This document shows positions 1 through 8,013 of a stretch of DNA of 24,047 nucleotides, in pieces. The stretch comes from a virus (Duplodnaviria > Caudoviricetes), in the IMG/VR virus record IMGVR_UViG_3300007538_000182, positions 1 to 24,047 of that record; one strand, 5' to 3'. A model generated the notes under the pieces. The model searched no databases, had not been told where the DNA came from, and saw only the letters and a program-made list of their open reading frames with translations. The stretch's first letter is position 1. The number at the start of each line of letters is the position of its first letter. Position numbers and translations under genes: made by a program.

Positions 1-186
1 ACACCGGAACAGGCGACTGAGGTTCGGCACACAGTCAACAAAATTACGCAAAAACTAATTGCCGCTGAATTGGCTTTGACTGCCACGAATTACGGTGATG
101 CGGCTGTTAGCGTTTACGATGGCAAACGGCTGGCGCAGAACTACACAGCCGAATTGACGGTTATCATCACCCCGCCAGTCGCGTAG
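1..186 (+). CDS. 3' end of an upstream hypothetical protein (partial, ...TPEQATEVRH...TVIITPPVA*)
   Basis: Frame 1 is open from base 1 to TAG at 184-186 (translated by hand; absent from the ORF track because no start lies in the window). Uses CCG/GCG/ACG/CGG codons that are uncommon in the downstream genes. Confidence 0.65.
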   Translation, partial: TPEQATEVRHTVNKITQKLIAAELALTATNYGDAAVSVYDGKRLAQNYTAELTVIITPPVA

Positions 187-238
187 TATCACGACAACGC
201 AGACCTGCCTCTCGGTAGTATTATTTAAAGGAAACTTT

Positions 239-598
239 ATGCGGAATCTAACAGACAAACAACAGAAGTTCCTTGATGTACTCTTTGAGGAAGCTGCGGG
301 TAATTATGTTGAAGCTAAACGCCTAGCAGGCTACAGTGACAATGTGGCTACTAGTTCTATTACAGAGGCACTCCAAGAAGAAATCCTAGAGAAGACCAAG
401 AAGTTCTTGGTTTCCTCTGGGGTTAAAGCTGCCTGGGCTATGGTCAATGTGATGGACAACCCAACAGACTTGGGGAATAAAGAAAAGATGGCAGCAGCTA
501 AAGACCTTCTTGATCGCGCTGGACATAAAGCTGGTGAAAAGATTGAAGTTAAAACTGATTCCCCTATTTTTATTCTGCCTGAGAAGTCTAAAGAATAA
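239..598 (+). CDS. terS: Terminase small subunit (HTH type)
   Basis: N-terminus LTDKQQKFLDVLF...GNYVEAKRLAGYS is typical of TerS HTH domains. Also has AAAKDLLDRAG and a C-terminal IFILP strand. SD AAAGGA upstream. Lies upstream of terL. Confidence 0.75.
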   Translation: MRNLTDKQQKFLDVLFEEAAGNYVEAKRLAGYSDNVATSSITEALQEEILEKTKKFLVSSGVKAAWAMVNVMDNPTDLGNKEKMAAAKDLLDRAGHKAGEKIEVKTDSPIFILPEKSKE

Positions 599-601
599 GG
601 G

Positions 602-630
602 TTGACAAGGACTCGTTAAATGACTAAGAT
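602..630 (+). promoter_or_regulatory. Putative sigma70-type promoter
   Basis: TTGACA (602-607), 17-nt spacer, TAAGAT (625-630). Overlaps the SD and ATG of the 141-aa gene. Confidence 0.5.
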
Positions 631-1045
631 AACCACAGAGTTTAAACTACCAAAACCCAGAGAAACATCCGAGGGTTATGAATGGTTACCTGTAGTTAGA
701 GTAGGACGTGTAGTACCATTTGGTTACTATGAGGACCCTGAAGACAAGGATATCCTTAGACCGATCCCAGAAGAACTAGAACTCCTGGAGAAAGCTAAGG
801 TCTTTCTAAAACAATACAGTTACCGAGATGTGGCTAACTGGTTAAGTGAACAAAGTGGTAGGTCTATCTCCCACGCTGGATTAAGGACTAGGGTTAACAG
901 TGAACAAAAACGTAAGACAGAGTTTGCAAACTACCGCTACCTTGCCAAGCGATACAAAGAAGCTGCAGAGAAAGCAAAACACATCGAAGAAATCTCCCTT
1001 GGTAGAAGAACCAGAGGAGAAGAAGACAATACCAGCGACAGTTAA
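620..1045 (+). CDS. Putative DNA-binding protein resembling the recombinase (RD) domain of large serine recombinases, without a catalytic domain
   Basis: GRVVPFGY...L.P.PEELELL...SYRDVANWLSEQSG resembles the PFGY...S...IA..LN..G pattern of RD domains. SD AAGGA at 607-611. Confidence 0.65.
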   Translation: MTKITTEFKLPKPRETSEGYEWLPVVRVGRVVPFGYYEDPEDKDILRPIPEELELLEKAKVFLKQYSYRDVANWLSEQSGRSISHAGLRTRVNSEQKRKTEFANYRYLAKRYKEAAEKAKHIEEISLGRRTRGEEDNTSDS

Positions 1046-2486
1046 AGCTCCTGATGTTGATATAGATAGAGCTAGACGAGTTATCTTCGAAGCTATCCCT
1101 GGGCCTCAGACAGACTTCCTGGCTTCTACTGAACAAGAGTGTCTCTATGGTGGTGCTGCGGGTGGCGGTAAGAGCTACGCTATGGTTGCTGACCCTGTTC
1201 GTTACTTTAATAGTCCTAAGGCTAACATGCTTCTGGTTCGTAGGTCTACTGAAGAACTTAGAGAACTTGTTTCTGTCTCTAAAGAACTGTACCCTAAAGC
1301 AATACCAGGTATTAAGTTTCTTGAGCGAGACAAAACTTGGGTAGCTCCTAGCGGTGCCACTCTCTGGATGTCCTACCTAGATAGAGATGATGACGTAACA
1401 CGTTACCAAGGTCAGGCTTTCTCTTGGATTGGTTTCGATGAACTTACCCAGTGGCCTACACCCTACGCCTGGAACTATATGCGTACTCGTCTACGTGCTT
1501 CTAAAGACTCTGGCCTAAACCTTTACCAAAGAGCTACGAGTAACCCTGGGGGCCCAGGACACGCTTGGGTTAAGAAGGCTTTTGTTGACCCCGCTACACC
1601 TGGGGAGTCTTTCTGGGCTGTTGATCCTGAGACAGGTGAAACTCTGGTGTGGCCTAGCAACTCTAACTTTGCTAAGGAAAACGATCTAGTAGGTAAACCG
1701 ATGCTTAAGCGTAAGTTTATTCCTGCTACTCTATTTGATAACCCTTACCTAGCTGAAGATGGTCTCTACGAAGCTAACCTCTTGTCCATGCCTGAACACC
1801 TACGTAGGCAGCTACTTGATGGTGACTGGGATATTCAAGAGGGTGCAGCCTTCCCTGAGTTTAACCGTAAGATTCACGTAATAGAACCTTATGATATTCC
1901 AGATAACTGGATGAAGTTTAGAGCGGCAGACTACGGGTATAGTTCCCATACAGGTATTCTTTGGTTTGCTGTGGACCCTTACGATGAAAAGCTCGTAGTC
2001 TACCGAGAGCTTTATGTTTCTAAAGTCTTGGCTGAAGACCTTGCTGAGATGGTTCTTGAAGCAGAGTACGGGGAGAAGATTAGGTACGGTGTACTTGACT
2101 CCTCCTTGTGGCATAAGCGCGGGGATACAGGTCCTAGTATCGCTGAGAGAATGATTGCCAAAGGTTGCCGTTGGAGACCAGCGGATAGAAGTGCAGGCTC
2201 TAGGGTATCTGGTAAGAACGAGATTCACCGTAGACTTCAAGTTGATCCTGATACTGGGCAACCAAGGGTAGTCTTCTTTAACAACTGCAAGAACACTATT
2301 GAACAACTACCTGTTATTCCTCTTGATAAAAGAAACTCTGAGGATGTAGACACTAACTCTGAAGACCACCTTTACGATACTCTTCGTTACGGTGTTATGT
2401 CTAGACCTAGAAGCAATCTCTTTGACAGAGACCCCAACTCATACAAAAACAATTTTACACCATCTGATTCTCAGTTTGGTTACTAG
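900..2486 (+). CDS. terL: Terminase large subunit (start codon uncertain)
   Basis: Walker A GGAAGGGKS, Walker B WIGFDE, coupling motif TSNPGG, RNase H-like nuclease residues (ADYG, EDHLYDTLRYG). Confidence 0.95.
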   Translation: MNKNVRQSLQTTATLPSDTKKLQRKQNTSKKSPLVEEPEEKKTIPATVKAPDVDIDRARRVIFEAIPGPQTDFLASTEQECLYGGAAGGGKSYAMVADPVRYFNSPKANMLLVRRSTEELRELVSVSKELYPKAIPGIKFLERDKTWVAPSGATLWMSYLDRDDDVTRYQGQAFSWIGFDELTQWPTPYAWNYMRTRLRASKDSGLNLYQRATSNPGGPGHAWVKKAFVDPATPGESFWAVDPETGETLVWPSNSNFAKENDLVGKPMLKRKFIPATLFDNPYLAEDGLYEANLLSMPEHLRRQLLDGDWDIQEGAAFPEFNRKIHVIEPYDIPDNWMKFRAADYGYSSHTGILWFAVDPYDEKLVVYRELYVSKVLAEDLAEMVLEAEYGEKIRYGVLDSSLWHKRGDTGPSIAERMIAKGCRWRPADRSAGSRVSGKNEIHRRLQVDPDTGQPRVVFFNNCKNTIEQLPVIPLDKRNSEDVDTNSEDHLYDTLRYGVMSRPRSNLFDRDPNSYKNNFTPSDSQFGY

Positions 2487-2503
2487 ATCATTAAGGAATA
2501 CAA

Positions 2504-4570
2504 ATGGCTGAAGACCTAATCACGAATATGGATCAAGTAGAAATGTCTGCCCTTGAGGATAGCTCAGGGGAAGGACAGTCTGATCCTCAAGCAGGGACTA
2601 TTGCTTCGTATGTCATGGAGCGTTACTCCAAAGCTGCTACTGCTCGTGAGACAGAGGAGGCACGGTGGCTACGGGCTTACCGTAACTACCGAGGTATCTA
2701 TGGTCCTGAAGTTGCTTTTACGGATACAGAGAAATCTAAAATCTTTGTCAAAGTAACTAAGACCAAGGTGAACGCAGCTTATGGTCAGATCACTGATGTG
2801 CTTCTTGGTAGTGCTAAGTTCCCGCTGACCATCAACCCTACTCGTCTTCCTGATGGTGTTGAGGATACAGTGCACTTCGAGACTAATGACCAGCTTACAA
2901 AAGCTATGGAAGAGTTCCCGGAGCTTCAGCCAGGGGAAACTACTGATGACTTTGTTCGTCGTCTCGGCGGTCTACAGAAAGAACTAGAACCAGTCAAAGC
3001 TAAACTTCAAGCTGGTCCTGGTGTTGGTCCTACTCAGGTTACTTTTCATCCTGCTGAGATTGCGGCTAAGAAGATGGAAAAGAAAATCCATGACCAACTA
3101 GAAGAGTCTCGCGCTAAGAAGCACCTCAGAGCATCAGCCTTTGAGTGTGCTCTCTTTGGTACAGGGGTTATGAAAGGTCCTTTTACAGCTAACAAAGAGT
3201 ATCCTCAGTGGGATGATGATGGGACCTATAACCCCTTGATCAAGACTGTACCTAAAGTATCTCATGTATCTATCTGGAACTTTTACCCAGACCCTGATGC
3301 TAGTAATATGGAGGAAGCAGAGTGGGTTGTAGAGCGTCACAAGATGTCTCGTCCTCAGCTTCGTGCCCTAAAGAAACGTCCTTACTTCCGCGATACTGAG
3401 GTAGACCTTGCCCTTGAGTGGGGTGAAGACTACATCAAGGAAGACTGGGAGCAGGCTATGGAGGATGATGCCCAAGGTACTCGCACTGAGCGTTATGAGG
3501 TGTTGGAGTTCTGGGGTAATGTAGACCGTGAACTACTTGAAGACCACGATGTAGAGATTCCAGACGAGGTAGTAGACAGTGAGGACATCAGTGTAAACAT
3601 CTGGGTCTGTCATGGTCGTATTCTTCGTTTGGTTGTCAATCCCTTCACACCTTCTGTTATTCCTTACTATGCTGTTCCTTACGAGATGAACCCTTATAGT
3701 ATGTTTGGTGTTGGTCTTGCTGAGAACATGGATGACACTCAGACACTGATGAATGGTTTCATGCGTATGGCTGTAGACAACGCAGCACTCTCAGGTAACC
3801 TTGTGTTTGAAGTAGATGAGAACAACCTTACCCCAGGACAAGACCTTACGATTTTCCCTGGTAAAGTATTCACACGCCAAGGTGGTGCTCCTGGTCAGGC
3901 TATCTTCGGCACTAAGTTTCCAAACGTATCTAACGAGAACATGCAAATGTTTGACAAAGCACGTCAGCTATCTGATGAGTCTACAGGGTTCCCCTCGTTT
4001 GCTCACGGACAAACTGGTGTGTCTGGTGTTGGTCGTACAGCCTCAGGTATCTCTATGTTGATGTCTGCTGCTTCTGGTTCTATTCGTACCGTTGTTCAAA
4101 ACTTTGATGACTACCTTCTTGGTCCCCTAGGTAAGTCTCTCTTTGCTTTCAATATGCAGTTTGACTTTGACCCAGAGATTAAAGGTGACCTTGAGGTTAA
4201 GGCTGCTGGTACTGAATCTCTGATGGCTAATGAAGTACGTAGTCAACGGTTGATGCAGTTGCTTGGTCTTGTACAGAACCCTGTGCTTGCACCATTCGCT
4301 AAACTTGATTACATCATTCGTGAGATTGCTAAGAGCCTTGACCTTGATCCTGACAAGGTAACTAACTCTATGCAAAAAGCTGCTATCCAAGCTGAGATTC
4401 TAAAGACATTCCAGATGAACAACCCAGAGGCAGTGCCTCAACAGGTTCCTGCTGGTGCTCAGGTGGGTGATACTCAAGGTTCCGGTGGAGGTAACATTGG
4501 TACAGGTACTGCTCCAGTACCAGGAGAACAGGGGTTTAGTGCCAACACCGGGGAAGGACCGCCAGTATGA
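2504..4570 (+). CDS. Portal protein
   Basis: 688 aa, directly after terL. Motifs LFGTGVMK, WNFYPDP, YEVLEFWG, FGVGLAE and RTASGISMLM are typical of podoviral portals. SD AAGGA. Confidence 0.92.
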   Translation: MAEDLITNMDQVEMSALEDSSGEGQSDPQAGTIASYVMERYSKAATARETEEARWLRAYRNYRGIYGPEVAFTDTEKSKIFVKVTKTKVNAAYGQITDVLLGSAKFPLTINPTRLPDGVEDTVHFETNDQLTKAMEEFPELQPGETTDDFVRRLGGLQKELEPVKAKLQAGPGVGPTQVTFHPAEIAAKKMEKKIHDQLEESRAKKHLRASAFECALFGTGVMKGPFTANKEYPQWDDDGTYNPLIKTVPKVSHVSIWNFYPDPDASNMEEAEWVVERHKMSRPQLRALKKRPYFRDTEVDLALEWGEDYIKEDWEQAMEDDAQGTRTERYEVLEFWGNVDRELLEDHDVEIPDEVVDSEDISVNIWVCHGRILRLVVNPFTPSVIPYYAVPYEMNPYSMFGVGLAENMDDTQTLMNGFMRMAVDNAALSGNLVFEVDENNLTPGQDLTIFPGKVFTRQGGAPGQAIFGTKFPNVSNENMQMFDKARQLSDESTGFPSFAHGQTGVSGVGRTASGISMLMSAASGSIRTVVQNFDDYLLGPLGKSLFAFNMQFDFDPEIKGDLEVKAAGTESLMANEVRSQRLMQLLGLVQNPVLAPFAKLDYIIREIAKSLDLDPDKVTNSMQKAAIQAEILKTFQMNNPEAVPQQVPAGAQVGDTQGSGGGNIGTGTAPVPGEQGFSANTGEGPPV

Positions 4571-4770
4571 ATTTAAGACCATTTGTGAATGACAAACATC
4601 TCTATGATGATTTTCTTGAGGAGCTTGATGGGCGTATCACTGTTCTACAAAAAACTCTTGAACAGTCTACGTCTATTGAAGACGTGTATCGAACACAAGG
4701 AGCTATTGATTCTCTTCGCAAGCTGAAGACACTCAGAGATAAAGTTAATTACGGGACTCAACATGGCTGA
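4567..4770 (+). CDS. Small helical phage protein downstream of the portal
   Basis: ATGA overlap with the portal stop. Contains a YRTQGAIDSLRKLKTLRDKV segment of the kind commonly found after podoviral portal genes. Confidence 0.75.
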   Translation: MNLRPFVNDKHLYDDFLEELDGRITVLQKTLEQSTSIEDVYRTQGAIDSLRKLKTLRDKVNYGTQHG

Positions 4771-7700
4771 AGAAATTACACCACTCTTTGAAAGACCTAG
4801 GGAAGACTTCCTAAACTATATCCGTGAGGGTAGGAGTATAGGAACTATGGACCAGGAGCAAGAAGACTTTTTGAAACGAGAGTATGCTCGGGTTAATAGT
4901 CTAACAGGAAGTATGGAAACAGAACCAGAGGAAGGCCGTAGGTCTGTCCTCGGTGGGTTTTTCTCTAAGCCTGAGGGAGCTCTTGGCTGGGACGCTCTAA
5001 GGGGCCTTAGGTTCGAGCCTAAGCTAGGGGCTGCAGGGGTAGCCCAAGGTGTGGAGCAAGCCGTCACAGCCCCTGCTAGAGCCGCTCAAGGTCTAATGCC
5101 TGAATCAGACATGGCTATTGAATCTTTTGGTACAGCCAGTCTAGTTGGTGGTTCTGGTGTAGCTCGTGCTGGTCGTGATGCTGGGCGTGTTGACGAAGAG
5201 ATGGTTAACATCTTCGGTGGGCGTAGAGCTAGAGGTTTTGGTTATGACCAGTCTGGGAATCCTCTACCGCTTTCTGTTGGTAAGGACGCACTAGATCGTT
5301 TTGAAATTGATGACTCTGGGTCTGTAGCCATCCCAGGTAACTTAAAGTCCTTTAATGGTAGTGGAGTTAAAGTAGAAAACCTCCCTGAGATTGCTGATGT
5401 ATTTATTCATGACGAGTTATTTTACCAGTATCCTCAAATTACTTCCATACGTATTGGGGTTGATGAGTCCCTAGCTGGTACAAACACCAGAGGTTATTTT
5501 CAACCAGGAGCTAATTTTATTGGGATTAACCCAAAGATTGCTTCTGACCCGCAAGCGCTTAGGAGTACTCTTACCCATGAGCTTCAACACTTTATTCAGG
5601 AAATAGAGGGTTTTTCTAGGGGTACTAGTCCTGATGCTGCTGAAGTAAGACCTATTTCAGCTCAACTCTATTGGGAGCATCAGAATAAAATTGATGAGTA
5701 TCAAAAACAACTGGATGAACTTGTAAACCCGGAGTCTGTGATAGGTATTCTAGGTGATGCGACCCAGGTTGGTTTGGATGTTTTGGAGTCTTTTGGCGTT
5801 GACCCTATAGCTGTCATTGAAAACCCAGGAAGTTTAAGACAAAATTACAATGTACCCTCCCGTATTAAAAGTTCTTATAGTTCTTTAATTTCATCTATCG
5901 AAAAAGCGCAAGGACAAATGTCACCTAGTTTCGAGGGTAGACCATCTTCTTCAGATTTGTTGAGAGAAACACAAGGTGAGTTAGACAGCTTTATTAGAAC
6001 TCTTGCTACTGAGACAGACCCATCGTTAGACCTGGGTAGTTTTCAGGAGATAGTGGATTCCTACAGAGCTGTTTATGATAAATACGGTGTTGGTCACCAG
6101 CTATATAATCTACCTCTTGACCAATTTAAATCCGCTAAGAGAGAATTAGAGACCGCTTTAGCTAACGCTCTAGGGACTCCTGAAAGACCTGAATCCTTTT
6201 TTGATTCTGCGTATGAGGCTTACCGCAGAAAAGGCGGTGAAGCGGAGGCTAGAAACGCACAGACACGTATTGACTTTGATGAGCAACAAAGATTTAGGGA
6301 AAGTCCTGAGTCTACTGAAGATGTACCTAGGATAGACCAGTGGGGTATTCCTGGGGGGTTCGCTAAGGGTGGGCTTGTAACCGATAGCAGTACAATGAGT
6401 GACTACTTCAAAGCTTCTTCTGGTATGATGTCTGAGATGGACTTCGTGGGTAAACACAAGATGTCTACTGCAGAGTTCGAGCGTAAGTTCGAGGAGGAAA
6501 ACAACATAGATATTTCAGGAGCAGAAGCTCTAACAGAAATCAAGGGAGACACCATGAAAAGTCAAATGAAACAGTTTAACCAGGGTGGTATGGCTGTTCG
6601 TACTGATCCTATTAGTGGTAACGAAGTACCAACAGGAAGCCTCCCAGAGGAAGTACGGGATGATGTCCCTGCTATGTTGTCTGAGGGTGAGTACGTTATA
6701 CCTGCTGATGTAGTACGATACTTTGGTGTTAACTTCTTTGAAGGTCTGCGTGAGAAAGCTAAGGAAGGTCTTAGTGGTATGGCTGCTGATGGTCGTGTCG
6801 GTGGTCAACCTGTAGGACAGAACCAATCTCAAGAACAACCACAGTTGAGTCAAGAAGATATGCAGGCTATCTCACAGATGGCTGAAGGAGGTATTGTTGA
6901 CTCTGGTAATATTGAAGGTATCATTGACAGAGTTCTTAATACGGTAAAGACTAACCCTGACCTACAGAATGTCTTTAAGAAGAAAGGTATTATGATGGCT
7001 GAGGGTGGTCTGGTTGATCCCCAGGGTTCATTTAATCCGGCTGATTGGTCAGTTGTAGGCTCTGGTGGAGTACCAAGTATTCCCCAAGGTAACGGAGGCT
7101 ATGAGTACAAGGAGTATGTAGGTCCTAATGGACAATCCACTATGGTTTTGTTTGTAAACGGTATGCCAACCCAGAGTGTTCCTCAGGGTTTCGTATTAGC
7201 GGGAACTCAACAACCAACACAAAGTTCACCTCGTGGTGATGGCGGTGACTCAAGAACTAGACTTTCATCTAGTCCTCGTGTAGATGGTCAAGGGTCTGGT
7301 GACTCTTTGTTGTCTAGTCTAGGTAACCCCCTTAGTAAACTAGACTTCCAGAACCCTGAGGATGTTATGTCCTGGGCTGAAGATAGACTTAAAGCTGGTG
7401 CAGGGAACAAAGGTTTGGTAAGGGCTGGTATGGCGGTCTCCCCTATAGTCGGTTTGCTTGGCGCTGGTTCTCTTAAAGCTATGGATGCCCGGCGTATTGC
7501 TGAGGTTAATGCTGCTGCTATGGCTGCTGATGATGAAGGGAATACAACCCTTGGTGACAAACTCCGTAAAGCTGCAGAGGAAGCTAAAGGTAACTTTGGT
7601 TTGTCAGGGATTGTTCGAGAAGAATGGATGGATGGCGACAAGATTTATGATAACTTCAGGGAACGCTCTGGTAGTCAAACCCAACAGGCACTTACCCCTA

Positions 7701-7960
7701 CTACAACAACTCGCTCGTCTTCAAACGATAGGGATGACCTAACGACACGAAGCACTTCAGGTGGTGTTGAATACCAATCTGATGCTGACAGTGAAGGAGC
7801 TTATAGTCGGTCTGTAGCTACAGGCTCTACTGCTCCAACTACTTCCGCAAGACCAACAGCAAGACCAACCGCACCCCAACCTGAAGCCGAGACTATTGAG
7901 CAAAAGATTAGTCGTGGTGGTGGTTTTAAATCCGGTGGACTAGTTACACGCCGTAAGTAA
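4763..7960 (+). CDS. Large modular virion-associated protein: LPD23-like/zincin metallopeptidase region plus a PAMLSEGEYV module
   Basis: RFEIDD...HDELF..YP, RG.F, HELQHFIQEIEGF.RG (HELQH at 5576-5590) and distal Y...GEAEAR (6236-6253) match polyvalent-protein metallopeptidase-like domains. Also contains a DDVPAMLSEGEYVIPADVVRYFG module and five [FM]xxGG[LIM][VA] motifs. An internal start is possible at 6554. Confidence 0.75.
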   Translation: MAEEITPLFERPREDFLNYIREGRSIGTMDQEQEDFLKREYARVNSLTGSMETEPEEGRRSVLGGFFSKPEGALGWDALRGLRFEPKLGAAGVAQGVEQAVTAPARAAQGLMPESDMAIESFGTASLVGGSGVARAGRDAGRVDEEMVNIFGGRRARGFGYDQSGNPLPLSVGKDALDRFEIDDSGSVAIPGNLKSFNGSGVKVENLPEIADVFIHDELFYQYPQITSIRIGVDESLAGTNTRGYFQPGANFIGINPKIASDPQALRSTLTHELQHFIQEIEGFSRGTSPDAAEVRPISAQLYWEHQNKIDEYQKQLDELVNPESVIGILGDATQVGLDVLESFGVDPIAVIENPGSLRQNYNVPSRIKSSYSSLISSIEKAQGQMSPSFEGRPSSSDLLRETQGELDSFIRTLATETDPSLDLGSFQEIVDSYRAVYDKYGVGHQLYNLPLDQFKSAKRELETALANALGTPERPESFFDSAYEAYRRKGGEAEARNAQTRIDFDEQQRFRESPESTEDVPRIDQWGIPGGFAKGGLVTDSSTMSDYFKASSGMMSEMDFVGKHKMSTAEFERKFEEENNIDISGAEALTEIKGDTMKSQMKQFNQGGMAVRTDPISGNEVPTGSLPEEVRDDVPAMLSEGEYVIPADVVRYFGVNFFEGLREKAKEGLSGMAADGRVGGQPVGQNQSQEQPQLSQEDMQAISQMAEGGIVDSGNIEGIIDRVLNTVKTNPDLQNVFKKKGIMMAEGGLVDPQGSFNPADWSVVGSGGVPSIPQGNGGYEYKEYVGPNGQSTMVLFVNGMPTQSVPQGFVLAGTQQPTQSSPRGDGGDSRTRLSSSPRVDGQGSGDSLLSSLGNPLSKLDFQNPEDVMSWAEDRLKAGAGNKGLVRAGMAVSPIVGLLGAGSLKAMDARRIAEVNAAAMAADDEGNTTLGDKLRKAAEEAKGNFGLSGIVREEWMDGDKIYDNFRERSGSQTQQALTPTTTTRSSSNDRDDLTTRSTSGGVEYQSDADSEGAYSRSVATGSTAPTTSARPTARPTAPQPEAETIEQKISRGGGFKSGGLVTRRK

Positions 7961-7978
7961 CAACGTAACTAAATAACA

Positions 7979-8007
7979 GGCTACCCGCTATAAGCGGCCC
8001 CAAGGAG
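7979..8007 (+). promoter_or_regulatory. RNA hairpin with CUAC/CC internal loop abutting the scaffold SD (putative translational operator)
   Basis: GG-CTAC-CCGCT-ATA-AGCGG-CC-CC, followed immediately by AAGGAG (8002-8007). Confidence 0.55.
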
Positions 8008-8013
8008 AACTAA

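Noticed and set aside
205-226. Small hairpin CTGCC-tctc-GGTAG followed by TATTATTT as a terminator
   Set aside because: A 5-bp stem with a G-U pair and a broken U-tract is too weak to call.
7845-7880. Tandem GCAAGACCAAC repeat (ARPT ARPT)
   Set aside because: Two copies in a low-complexity linker. Not an array and probably replication slippage.
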